This document shows positions 41,200 to 49,800 of a stretch of DNA of 64,000 nucleotides, in pieces. The stretch covers positions 384,001-448,000 of the forward strand of contig CAWBAN010000001.1 of NCBI GenBank assembly GCA_963786935.1, given 5' to 3'. Within the stretch, counting starts at the first letter, position 1; every line of letters begins with the position of its first letter. The notes below the pieces were generated by a model. The model saw only the letters and a list, made by a program, of their open reading frames with translations, ran no database searches and was not told the DNA's origin. Made by a program: the position numbers and the translations under genes. This DNA is from an uncultured bacterium (lineage in GTDB: Bacteria > Krumholzibacteriota > Krumholzibacteriia > Krumholzibacteriales > Krumholzibacteriaceae).

Positions 41200-42260
41200 A
41201 AGCCGAACAGGTCGTCGTGGGAATGAGCGGCGGCGTCGACAGCGCCGCGGCCGCGTGGATGCTCCACGAGGAGGGATTCCGGGTCTTCGGCGTCACCCTC
41301 CGCTTCTACTGCTACGCCCGGTCCGCCGGCTCGCCGCGCCCCTGCTGCAGCGACGCGCTCCTCAGGCGCGCGCGGACGCTCTGCGCGAAGCTCGGGATCG
41401 ATCACCACGTCGTCGATGTGGAGGATGAATTCAGGGAGACGGTCGTGCGCGATTTCGTCGACGGCTATCGCGCCGGCCGGACGCCGAATCCGTGCGTGCT
41501 GTGCAACGAGAAGGTGAAATTTCCCGCGCTCGCCAGGGCCGCCGACCGGATCGGATGCGGGCGGATCGCGACGGGGCACTACGCGAGGCTCGTGCGGGGG
41601 GCGGGGGGCGCCCCGCTCATCGCCGCGGCCGCCGACGCGCGGAAGGATCAGTCCTATTTTCTCTACCGCGTGCCGGTGAGCATTCTCCGGCGCACGCTCT
41701 TTCCGCTCGGAGAGACGCTCAAGGAAACGGTGAAAGCCGCCGCCGCCGGCTTCGGGATCGACCGCGGGAAACAGCGCGAGAGCCAGGATGTCTGCTTCCT
41801 GCCGGACGGAGATCTCCGGAGCTTTCTCGGCGAGCGGATCGGATTCGCCGCGGGGGAAATCGTCGATCGGGAGGGGCGCGTCCTCGGGCGGCACGACGGC
41901 GCTCATTTGTACACGATCGGCCAGCGGAAAGGGCTGCGACTGGCGGGGGGAGTGCCGCTGTACGTTTCGGCGATCGACGCGCGGCGCAACCGCGTTGTCC
42001 TCGGCCGCCGGGACGAGATCGTCAGCGCGGGCGCCGTATGCGGGAGCCTGCGGCTCAGGAGCCGCGACGTCGGCGCCGGCCTCGCCGCGAAGATCAGATA
42101 CGGCCGCGCTCCCGCCGAGGTGGCGCGCGCCGTCCGGCGCGGATCCCTCCTCGAGGTGACGTTCCGGGAGCCGCAGTGGGCGGTCACGCCGGGGCAGTCG
42201 CTCGTGCTCTACCGCGGCGGCGTCGTCGTCGGCGGCGGGATCATCGAGAGGGGAGCGTGA
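41196..42260 (+). CDS. mnmA: tRNA 2-thiouridine(34) synthase
   Basis: MSGGVDS, TPNPCV.CN..VKF, ATGHYAR, KDQSYFL, ESQDVCF, TIGQRKG, VTPGQ. Confidence 0.95.
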   Translation: MKAEQVVVGMSGGVDSAAAAWMLHEEGFRVFGVTLRFYCYARSAGSPRPCCSDALLRRARTLCAKLGIDHHVVDVEDEFRETVVRDFVDGYRAGRTPNPCVLCNEKVKFPALARAADRIGCGRIATGHYARLVRGAGGAPLIAAAADARKDQSYFLYRVPVSILRRTLFPLGETLKETVKAAAAGFGIDRGKQRESQDVCFLPDGDLRSFLGERIGFAAGEIVDREGRVLGRHDGAHLYTIGQRKGLRLAGGVPLYVSAIDARRNRVVLGRRDEIVSAGAVCGSLRLRSRDVGAGLAAKIRYGRAPAEVARAVRRGSLLEVTFREPQWAVTPGQSLVLYRGGVVVGGGIIERGA

Positions 42261-43186
42261 TGTTGAAGCGGGCCCTCCTCTGCGCGGCGCTGTTGCTCGC
42301 GGCGGCCGCGTGCGCGGCGGCCGACGAGAGCGTTCCCCTCGGGTATCAGATTCTCCGGACGGCGGGAGGATCGTTCAATGTGTTCTACCCGCCCTCGCTC
42401 GAGAAGATGGCCCGAGAAACCGCTTCCCTGATCGAGAAATCGTCGGGGGACATCGCGAGCGAGCTCGGCCTCGAATCGATCGCTCCCATCAAGGTCATCA
42501 TCGCTTCGGATCTGAAGGCGTTCGAGCTGCTCCACGGAGGCGCCGTTCCCGAATGGGGGATCGCGTTCGCCGACGTCGAAGAGCAGGTGCTCGGCATCAA
42601 CGTCGACCTCGTCGAGCGCGCGCCGGGGGAGCTGAGCGGCGTCGTGCGCCACGAGCTTTCGCATCTGCTCCTCGCCCAGCGGGTCGTCGGCGTCCGTGTG
42701 CCCACGTGGTTCATGGAGGGGCTCGCGCTGATGCAGTCGGGGGAGTGGGACATCGCGGACGAATGGCGGTTCATGATTGCGGCGGGGGGAGGCGTTCCGT
42801 ATCTCGAGGAGCTCAGCGGGCCATTCCCGCGCTCCGCCAACCGGGCGGCCCTCTCCTACGGCGTGAGCTACCTCGCCGTCCGGAAGCTCCTCGACGAGCG
42901 CCCCGGCTCGCTCGCGACGCTCACCGCGTTCGTCCGCGACGCGGGGGACTTCGAAGGAGGCTTCGAGTCCGCGTACGGCATGACCGTCTACGATTTCGCG
43001 GGCAAGCTCTACGTCGAGATCGACCGGCGCTACGGCACGGCCGGCGCGGTTCTGAACGCGGCGCCCTATTGGGCCGGCGCCGCGTTGCTCTTCGTCGCCA
43101 TCTATCTCGTGAAGCGCGCGCGGAGCCGGCGGAAGATCGAGCAATGGGAGGAGGAGGAGGCGAGGGAGCGGCGCTTCTGGTATTGA
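42260..43186 (+). CDS. Peptidase MA-like zinc metallopeptidase with signal peptide and C-terminal TM
   Basis: HELSH zincin motif followed by P.WF.EGLA. Confidence 0.8.
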   Translation: MLKRALLCAALLLAAAACAAADESVPLGYQILRTAGGSFNVFYPPSLEKMARETASLIEKSSGDIASELGLESIAPIKVIIASDLKAFELLHGGAVPEWGIAFADVEEQVLGINVDLVERAPGELSGVVRHELSHLLLAQRVVGVRVPTWFMEGLALMQSGEWDIADEWRFMIAAGGGVPYLEELSGPFPRSANRAALSYGVSYLAVRKLLDERPGSLATLTAFVRDAGDFEGGFESAYGMTVYDFAGKLYVEIDRRYGTAGAVLNAAPYWAGAALLFVAIYLVKRARSRRKIEQWEEEEARERRFWY

Positions 43187-43211
43187 CGGCGGCGCGCGCG
43201 GGACGTATACT
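43183..43211 (+). promoter_or_regulatory. sigma70-type promoter TTGACG-N17-TATACT for the tRNA cluster
   Basis: TTGACG 43183-43188, TATACT 43206-43211. Confidence 0.78.
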
Positions 43212-43253
43212 GCACCGAAGCCTTCTTCCGTGCAGGAAGGACTGTTTTTTTCT

Positions 43254-43341
43254 GGAGGGCTAGTCCTAACTGGTAAGGCAGCGGACTTGAAATCCGCCGG
43301 GCGTTGAGCCCATGGGGGTTCGAATCCCTCGCCCTCCGCCA
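43254..43341 (+). tRNA. tRNA-Ser(TGA)
   Basis: Acceptor GGAGGGC/GCCCTCC-G-CCA, anticodon arm GCGGA-CTTGAAA-TCCGC, long variable arm, TTCGAAT. Confidence 0.92.
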
Positions 43342-43365
43342 CAATAGATCTTGTCGAAGGATTGC

Positions 43366-43456
<91 letters not shown>

Positions 43457-43473
43457 TGAAAAAAGGAGGAGCC

Positions 43474-43878
43474 GTGTCTCGCACGTTCGTGCTGAAGAAG
43501 ATTCCGCTTTGGCCGGTGCTGAGAATGAGCTTCGTGGTTTTCATCATCATCGGCATCGTCATCGGCGTTTTCTACGCGATCCTGCTCTCGATGTGGGGCG
43601 CGCTCATGAGCTCGTTCGCCGACGCCGGGCTCGGCGACCTCGGCGTCCTGCGCGGCCTCGGCTTCGTGCTCATTCCGATCGTCGCTATTCTGTACGCCGT
43701 GTTCGGCACGATTGTCGTTGCGGTATGGACGCTTGTTTATAATCTTATAGCCGCGGTCGTCGGCGGCGTCGAGCTCGTGCTCGAAGAGAACGGCGCGAGG
43801 CCCGCGGCGGCCCCGCAGCCGCCCGGATCGGGAGAGAGCGTGCACGTGCCGCCCGACAAGACGATAACGGGATTCTGA
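43474..43878 (+). CDS. DUF3566-like two-TM membrane protein
   Basis: GTG after AGGAGG; L..I.LW.V.R N-terminus and YNL.A..VGGVEL C-terminal motif. Confidence 0.75.
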   Translation: MSRTFVLKKIPLWPVLRMSFVVFIIIGIVIGVFYAILLSMWGALMSSFADAGLGDLGVLRGLGFVLIPIVAILYAVFGTIVVAVWTLVYNLIAAVVGGVELVLEENGARPAAAPQPPGSGESVHVPPDKTITGF

Positions 43879-43887
43879 AGATCGATT

Positions 43888-43961
43888 GCGCCCATAGCTC
43901 AACTGGATAGAGCGTCTGGCTACGGACCAGAAGGTTGGGGGTTCGAATCCTCCTGGGCGCG
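43888..43961 (+). tRNA. tRNA-Arg(ACG), CCA not encoded
   Basis: GCGCCCA/TGGGCGC acceptor, TCTGG-CTACGGA-CCAGA anticodon arm, GGTTCGAATCC. Confidence 0.95.
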
Positions 43962-44020
43962 ATTTTCTTTCTCTCCCGCCAATCACCAAAGGCTAATTTT
44001 TGCGGGATAACAAAAAGCAC

Positions 44021-44049
44021 TTGACCCTGCTCGTTCAATAGATTACGCT
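44021..44049 (+). promoter_or_regulatory. sigma70-type promoter candidate TTGACC-N17-TACGCT for the oxidoreductase operon
   Basis: AT-rich intergenic region about 95 nt upstream of the first ATG. Confidence 0.5.
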
Positions 44050-44144
44050 ACAATTCGAGGTAGAAACGGGGGCCGGGCGACGGGTCTCGTAATTCGGAAC
44101 TCATTAGCCCATAGAAAGTTGCACTCACCACGAAGGGATCGCGT

Positions 44145-44702
44145 ATGATAGAGATCAGAACCCACGGCCGAGGCGGGCAGGGTGCGGTCATCGCTTCCGA
44201 AATTCTGGCAGAGGCGTTCTTCCGCGAAAAGAAATTCGTGCAGGCGTTTCCCGCGTTCGGCGTCGAGCGCCGCGGCGCGCCCGTCGTGTCGTTCACGCGC
44301 GTCTCCGAGGGAGAGATCCGCGAGCGATGCGAGATCTACGAGCCCGATCACCTCATCGTTCTCGATCCCGTTCTGCTCGACACGGTCAACATCACGGCCG
44401 GCCTCAAGCAGGGAGGCTGGATCGTCATCAATACGAATCGCGTCCTCGAGGCGACCGGCGTGCTCGCGAATTTCCGCATCGCCATGGTGGACGCGAACAA
44501 GATCGCGCTCAAGTACGGTCTCGGTTCGCGCTCGGCGCCGATCGTCAACACGGCGATCGTCGGCGCGTTCGCGGGAGCGACGAAGCTCCTGGGCCTCGCG
44601 GCGACACTCGACGCGGTGGAGGAGTTCGTGCCGATGCGCAAGGAGAACAACCGGAAGGCCGCCGAGGAAGCGTTTCACAGCGTCGTGTTCGTTTCGAAAT
44701 GA
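44145..44702 (+). CDS. 2-oxoacid:acceptor oxidoreductase gamma subunit (PorC/VorC-like)
   Basis: EIR.HGRGGQGAV, FPAFGVERRGAPV, PIVNT. Confidence 0.93.
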   Translation: MIEIRTHGRGGQGAVIASEILAEAFFREKKFVQAFPAFGVERRGAPVVSFTRVSEGEIRERCEIYEPDHLIVLDPVLLDTVNITAGLKQGGWIVINTNRVLEATGVLANFRIAMVDANKIALKYGLGSRSAPIVNTAIVGAFAGATKLLGLAATLDAVEEFVPMRKENNRKAAEEAFHSVVFVSK

Positions 44703-44762
44703 CGCGCTTTTCACCGATAGAATCCGATCGAGCCTCGTGACGACGTAACGGCTGGAGGATAC

Positions 44763-46439
44763 ATGGGAGAGAAAACCACCTTCAAGAGCTACAAGGAGAT
44801 GCCGATCTGCGCCATGTCGATCGCCGACATGACGTACAACCTGACGGGCTCCTGGCGCAACGTGCGGCCGTATTACGATTTCAAAGTCTCGCCGTGTCGT
44901 CTCGGCTGCCCGACGGCGGAGAATATCCAGCGGTACATCTTCCTCGTGACGGAGAACGATCTCGAGCAGGCGTACCGGACGATCGTCGAGAACAATCCGA
45001 TGCCGTCGGTGACGGGGCGCGTCTGCTTCCATCCGTGCATGGAGAAGTGCACGAGGAAGGATTTCGATCAGGCGCTCAACATCCCCGCGATCGAGCGTTC
45101 GATCGGCGATGCGGGGCTCGATCATCCCGAGTGGATCGAGAAGGCGCGCGCGACGAAGAAGGAGAAGATCGCGGTGGTCGGGGGCGGCCCTGCGGGCCTC
45201 TCGTGCGCGTACTACCTCGCGCGGCAGGGATATCCGGTCACGATCTACGAGGCGGAAAACGCGCTCGGAGGCACGCTCCGCTGGGGCATTCCGGAATACC
45301 GGCTGCCGAACAACCTGCTCGACCGTGTGATCGGCTCGATCCTCGAGTCGGGCCCGATCACGGTCAAGACGGGCGCGCCACTCGGCGGTGCCGTTACGAT
45401 CGAGAGCCTCGAGAAGGAATACGCGGCCGTTTTCATCGGCACCGGCCTCATGCGAAGCCGCCCGATGGGGGTCGCCGGAGAGGACGGTCCCGGCGTCCAG
45501 CGCGGGCTCGAGTTCCTGCGGAAGGTGAACGGCGGCGAGAAGGTCTCCCCGGGCGCGAAGGTGGCCGTCGTGGGAGGCGGCAACACCGCCATGGACGTCG
45601 CGCGGTGCGCGCGGCGGGCGGGGAGCGAGGTCACCGTCGTCTATCGCCGCACGATGAACGAGATGCCGGCGATTCCGGACGAGATCGAGGAAGCCGAGAA
45701 GGAAGGCGTGTTCTTCCATTTCCTCGCCGCGCCGAAGACGATCACGCGCAGCGGCAAGACGCTCCGCGTCGTGTTCCAGCAGATGAAGCTCGGCGATCCC
45801 GACGAATCGGGCCGCCGGCGTCCCGTTCCCGACGGGGACAAGACGTTCACGATGGACGTCGATACCCTGTTCACCGCGATCGGCGAGGAGGGGGACGTGG
45901 CTCCCTTCCAGAAGGCCGTCGAGACGAGCGGGGGGCTCATCGGGACGCAGGGCGATTTCGGCGAAGCCCGCGCCGGGAAGATCTTCGCGGGCGGGGATAT
46001 CGTGACGGGCGCGGCGAGCGTCGTCGAAGCGATCGCGGCGGGACGCAAGGCCGCCGAGCGCATCGGCCGGATGCTGGCGAAGCAACCGGAGCCGGCGGTC
46101 GAGGAGCCCCGCACGATCAGCATCGAGAACATCAACACCGCCTACTTCACGAAGGGGAAGCGCGTCAACGTGCCGCGGATCCCCGCGGAGCAGGCGCTCG
46201 CGGGCTTTCGCGAGATATTCACCGGGTACGACGGCGACCTGCTCCATCGCGAGGCGGACCGCTGCTTCTCGTGCGGCGTCTGCAACTACTGCGACAACTG
46301 CTGGGTGTTCTGCCCCGACGTCGCGGTCAAGCGCCTCGCCCAGGAATACGAATTCGATTACGACTATTGCAAGGGCTGCCTCGTCTGCGTGACCGAATGC
46401 CCGCGCAGCGCGATATCGACGCGGGAGGAGGGAAGATGA
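44763..46439 (+). CDS. Delta-subunit-like 2x[4Fe-4S] protein fused to a GltD/NfnB-like FAD/NAD(P)H oxidoreductase
   Basis: TGSWR..RP N-terminus; PC...CP, GRVC..PC...C.R; GGGPAG; GGGNTAMD; YRR; C-terminal CDNCWVFCPD and YCKGC..C..ECP. Confidence 0.85.
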   Translation: MGEKTTFKSYKEMPICAMSIADMTYNLTGSWRNVRPYYDFKVSPCRLGCPTAENIQRYIFLVTENDLEQAYRTIVENNPMPSVTGRVCFHPCMEKCTRKDFDQALNIPAIERSIGDAGLDHPEWIEKARATKKEKIAVVGGGPAGLSCAYYLARQGYPVTIYEAENALGGTLRWGIPEYRLPNNLLDRVIGSILESGPITVKTGAPLGGAVTIESLEKEYAAVFIGTGLMRSRPMGVAGEDGPGVQRGLEFLRKVNGGEKVSPGAKVAVVGGGNTAMDVARCARRAGSEVTVVYRRTMNEMPAIPDEIEEAEKEGVFFHFLAAPKTITRSGKTLRVVFQQMKLGDPDESGRRRPVPDGDKTFTMDVDTLFTAIGEEGDVAPFQKAVETSGGLIGTQGDFGEARAGKIFAGGDIVTGAASVVEAIAAGRKAAERIGRMLAKQPEPAVEEPRTISIENINTAYFTKGKRVNVPRIPAEQALAGFREIFTGYDGDLLHREADRCFSCGVCNYCDNCWVFCPDVAVKRLAQEYEFDYDYCKGCLVCVTECPRSAISTREEGR

Positions 46440-47587
46440 AGAAGGTCATCATGGGAAACCACGCCGTGAGCTACGGCGTGCGTGCCAGCGACGTCAAGGT
46501 CATCTCCGCGTACCCGATCACTCCCCAGACGCAGATCGTGGAGCTTCTCTCCGAAATGTGCGCCAAGGGGGAGCTCGACGCGAAGTTCATCGCGGTCGAA
46601 TCCGAGCACAGCGCGCTCACCGCGTGCGTCGGCGCCTCGGCGGCGGGCTCGCGGACCTTCACGGCGACCTCGTCGCAGGGGCTCCTCCTCATGCACGAGA
46701 TCATCCACTGGGCGGCGGGGGCGAGGCTCCCGATCGTGCTCGTGAACGTCAACCGCGCCGTCGGCCCGCCGTGGAGCATCTGGACCGACCAGAACGATTC
46801 CCTCTCGCAGCGCGATACCGGCTGGCTCCAGATCTACTGCGAGAGCAACCAGGAGACGCAGGACACGATCGTGCAGGCGTTCAAGATCGCCGAGACGGTG
46901 AAGCTCCCCGTCATGGTGATCCTCGACGCGTTCTTCCTCTCGCACACCTTCGAGATCGTCGACATCCTCGAGCCCGAGGACGTGAGGCCCTTCCTGCCTC
47001 CGTTCAAGCCGGAGCGCAGGATCGATGTCGCCGATCCGCACTCCTTCGGCAATCTCGCGACGCCGGGAGAGTATTTCGAGCTCCGGTACATGATCCAGAA
47101 GGCGATGGAAGCCTCCCGCGACGTCGTGCGCGACGTCGATCTCGAGTTCGAGAAGCGCTTCGGGCGCGGCTACGGGGTCGTCAAGCCGTACCGCTGCGAC
47201 GACGCCGAATACATCCTCGTCACCTCGGGCACCGTCGCTTCGACCGCGCGCGCCGTCATCGATCAGATGCGCGACGAGGGGATCAAGATCGGGTCGCTCA
47301 AGATGCGGGTGTTCAGACCGTTCCCGTTCGAGGAAGTGTTCCAGGCGCTCTCGAAGGCGAAGAAGGTCGCTGTCATCGACCGGAACATCTCGTTCGGGCA
47401 CCACGGCATCTTCTATCAGGAAGTGAAGAGCGCCCTGTACGGGCGGACGAACGTCCCCATTGCCGGCTACATCGCGGGGCTCGGCGGGCGCGACATGACG
47501 CCGAAGGTCATCCGTTCGATCGCGGATCACCTGATCACGAACAAAAAGCCGGAGCCCGATATCAACTGGATAGGAGTGAAGATATGA
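46436..47587 (+). CDS. 2-oxoacid:acceptor oxidoreductase alpha subunit (PorA-like)
   Basis: GN.A, AYPITPQT, ESEHSA, TATSSQGL, FRPFP, GLGGRD. Confidence 0.93.
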   Translation: MKKVIMGNHAVSYGVRASDVKVISAYPITPQTQIVELLSEMCAKGELDAKFIAVESEHSALTACVGASAAGSRTFTATSSQGLLLMHEIIHWAAGARLPIVLVNVNRAVGPPWSIWTDQNDSLSQRDTGWLQIYCESNQETQDTIVQAFKIAETVKLPVMVILDAFFLSHTFEIVDILEPEDVRPFLPPFKPERRIDVADPHSFGNLATPGEYFELRYMIQKAMEASRDVVRDVDLEFEKRFGRGYGVVKPYRCDDAEYILVTSGTVASTARAVIDQMRDEGIKIGSLKMRVFRPFPFEEVFQALSKAKKVAVIDRNISFGHHGIFYQEVKSALYGRTNVPIAGYIAGLGGRDMTPKVIRSIADHLITNKKPEPDINWIGVKI

Positions 47588-48498
47588 AAGCTGTGGCGAA
47601 GATCCCGACTCCCGAGCTCATGACCTCCGGGCACCTGGCCTGCCAGGGATGCGGCGCCACGCAGGCGATGCGCTTCGCGCTCAAGGCGCTCGGGCCGCGG
47701 ACGGCGCTCGTTATCCCCGCCTGCTGCTGGTCGGTCATCGACGGGCCGTTTCCCCACTCCTCGCTCAAGGTGCCGATTCTCCACACGGCGTTCGAGACCG
47801 CCGCGGTGGCCGCTTCGGGGCTCAAGGCGGGCCTCGAGATGCGCGGGGACACCGAGACGGTCGTCATGGCGTGGGCGGGGGACGGCGGCACGTTCGACAT
47901 CGGTCTGCAGGCGCTCTCCGGCGCCGCCGAGCGCAACGAGGACATCATCTACTGCTGCTACGACAACGAGGCGTACATGAACACGGGGATTCAGCGGAGC
48001 TCTTCGACGCCGATCGGCGCATGGACGACGACGACGCCGGGGGCTCACTGGAAGCGCCGCCCGAAAAAGAAGATGATCGACATCATGGCGGCCCATTCGA
48101 TTCCCTATATCGCCACCGCTTCCGTCGCGTTTCCGCAGGATTTGATCGAGAAGTTCAAACGGGCGCGCGCGATGAAAGGAACGCGGTTCCTGCACGTCTT
48201 CGCGCCGTGTCCGACGGGATGGAAGCTTGCCCCCGAGCTTTCCGTCGCGATGGCCCGCCAGGCCGTGACGTCGAAGGTGTTCCCGCTCCTCGAGGTGACG
48301 GACGACGGCAAGACATGGAAGATCCAGAAGGACTTCGAACCCACGCCGATCAAGGATTACCTCATGGCGCAGGGGCGGTTCCGGCATCTCAAGGACGAGG
48401 ACATCCGCTGGGTCGAGGAGGAGACGGAGAAGTACTGGCAGTACCTCCTCTCGAGGGAGCGAATCTCCCAGAACGTTCCGGGGCTCGCCGCCGACTGA
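47584..48498 (+). CDS. 2-oxoacid:acceptor oxidoreductase beta (TPP-binding) subunit (PorB-like)
   Basis: GH.ACQGCG, GDGGT.DIG, YDNEAYMNTG.Q.S, PCPTGW. Confidence 0.93.
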   Translation: MKAVAKIPTPELMTSGHLACQGCGATQAMRFALKALGPRTALVIPACCWSVIDGPFPHSSLKVPILHTAFETAAVAASGLKAGLEMRGDTETVVMAWAGDGGTFDIGLQALSGAAERNEDIIYCCYDNEAYMNTGIQRSSSTPIGAWTTTTPGAHWKRRPKKKMIDIMAAHSIPYIATASVAFPQDLIEKFKRARAMKGTRFLHVFAPCPTGWKLAPELSVAMARQAVTSKVFPLLEVTDDGKTWKIQKDFEPTPIKDYLMAQGRFRHLKDEDIRWVEEETEKYWQYLLSRERISQNVPGLAAD

Positions 48499-48524
48499 TC
48501 GCGGGAGCGCCGCGCGCGTATTCG

Positions 48525-48557
48525 ATCCCCGGTCCCGAACGGGCCGGGGATTTTTTT
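48525..48557 (+). terminator. Intrinsic terminator of the oxidoreductase operon
   Basis: ATCCCCGGTCC...GGGCCGGGGAT stem followed by a T-run. Confidence 0.8.
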
Positions 48558-48858
48558 ACGCTCCGCCGGCGCGGGCGGGGCGGACGGAACGCATTGCATA
48601 TCCCGCATCGGCCGCGTGCAAAATCGCTCGGGCGCTCCCCGGCTTCGTGGGCGCTCCGTGGCCTATCATTTCCGCATATTCCGCACCGCTAAATCTGAAA
48701 TTATCCGAAAAAAATAGACGCCGGGGGGGCTCCGGCCCGGAGGGGCGCCGATGTGACCGTAACTGTCGTATCGGCCGCTTTTTGAATGAACCATTGCGGC
48801 TCCCGCATCGAGTCGATCGAGGGTGCCTGGAGACAGCGGATGGGGGGGAGGTTGTGCG

Positions 48859-48874
48859 GGGCATGTTTTTTGCA
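48859..48874 (+). promoter_or_regulatory. sigma54 (-24/-12) promoter candidate upstream of the pilin cluster
   Basis: GGGCATG-TTTT-TTGCA fits TGGCAC-N5-TTGC with exact GG-N10-GC spacing (GG 48860-61, GC 48872-73). Confidence 0.7.
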
Positions 48875-48922
48875 GAAATCGCCTTGCGATGAAAAGTCTT
48901 TAGCAAAGGAATGTCGATTTTG

Positions 48923-49396
48923 ATGCAAACCATAACGAGAAAACAGAGGGGCTTCACGCTCGTCGAGCTGATGATTTCCATCTCGATCATGGGGCTTATC
49001 ACGGTTCTCGCGGTGCCGGGGTTCACCCGGTTCCTGCAGAGCTGGAAGCTCCAGGGAGACGCGAATCAGTTCGCGACCGTGCTCAGGACGGCGCGCGCCG
49101 CGGCCGTCACGAAGAACAGCAGCGTCGTGTTCACCTTCAACACGGACGACGACAACTATTTCTATTACGAGGATTCGAACCGGAACGGTTCCCACGATAA
49201 CGGCGAGTATCTCAGCGCGACCTACAATCTGGAAACGGGCATCGCCTTCGCCGGACATACGCTCTCCAGCAGCACCCTGACCTTCGGCACGATGGGGAAC
49301 ACGAGGGAGAGCGGATCGATCACGTTCAGAAACACGTTCAATCGGACGAGAACGGTCCGCATTTACGGCGGAACGGGAAACATCACGATCGAATGA
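48923..49396 (+). CDS. FimT/FimU/GspH-like minor pilin
   Basis: Class III signal RKQRG|FTLVELM; AR..AV motif; F...G C-terminal pattern. Confidence 0.88.
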   Translation: MQTITRKQRGFTLVELMISISIMGLITVLAVPGFTRFLQSWKLQGDANQFATVLRTARAAAVTKNSSVVFTFNTDDDNYFYYEDSNRNGSHDNGEYLSATYNLETGIAFAGHTLSSSTLTFGTMGNTRESGSITFRNTFNRTRTVRIYGGTGNITIE

Positions 49397-49797
49397 AAAA
49401 GGACACTGCGGAAATGTTGAAATCGCAAAGCGGCGTAGGTTTGATCGAAATCATCATCGCCATGGTCATCTTCGGCATCGGGATATCGGCCGCCATGCGC
49501 ACCCTGCCGGACAGCAACAAGGCGACGACGCGGGCCCGAAACGTCAGCGTGGCCACGAACCTGGCGCAGGAACAGCTCGAATCGCTGATGGGAACGCCGC
49601 TCACGAACGCCGATCTCTCGGCGGGCAATCACGCCGATCCGCGGAATCCGCTCGAGCGGCACTTCACGCGCACGTGGACCGTCACGGACAACGTGCCGCT
49701 CACCGGGATGAAGCGTGTCGCCGTGTCGGTCGTGTACGAGGGAGGCGGCGAAGATCGAACCGTTACCTTGACCACCTATCTCACCCCGAGGCGGTAA
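49393..49797 (+). CDS. PilV-like minor pilin
   Basis: KSQSG|VGLIEIIIAM; A..LAQEQLE.L. Confidence 0.82.
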   Translation: MKKDTAEMLKSQSGVGLIEIIIAMVIFGIGISAAMRTLPDSNKATTRARNVSVATNLAQEQLESLMGTPLTNADLSAGNHADPRNPLERHFTRTWTVTDNVPLTGMKRVAVSVVYEGGGEDRTVTLTTYLTPRR

Positions 49798-49800
49798 TCC

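Noticed and set aside
43254..43341. Possible selenocysteine or suppressor tRNA because of TGA in the anticodon loop
   Set aside because: Anticodon TGA reads UCA (Ser); tRNA-Sec would have TCA and an 8-bp acceptor stem.
44894..47587. 897-aa ORF, and similar long extensions such as 46558-48498, 52136-54082, 37587-39263 and 41492-43186
   Set aside because: The Arg/Gly/Ala-rich N-terminal parts are off-frame shadows of the upstream genes; real starts are at 46436, 47584, 52820, 38109 and 42260.
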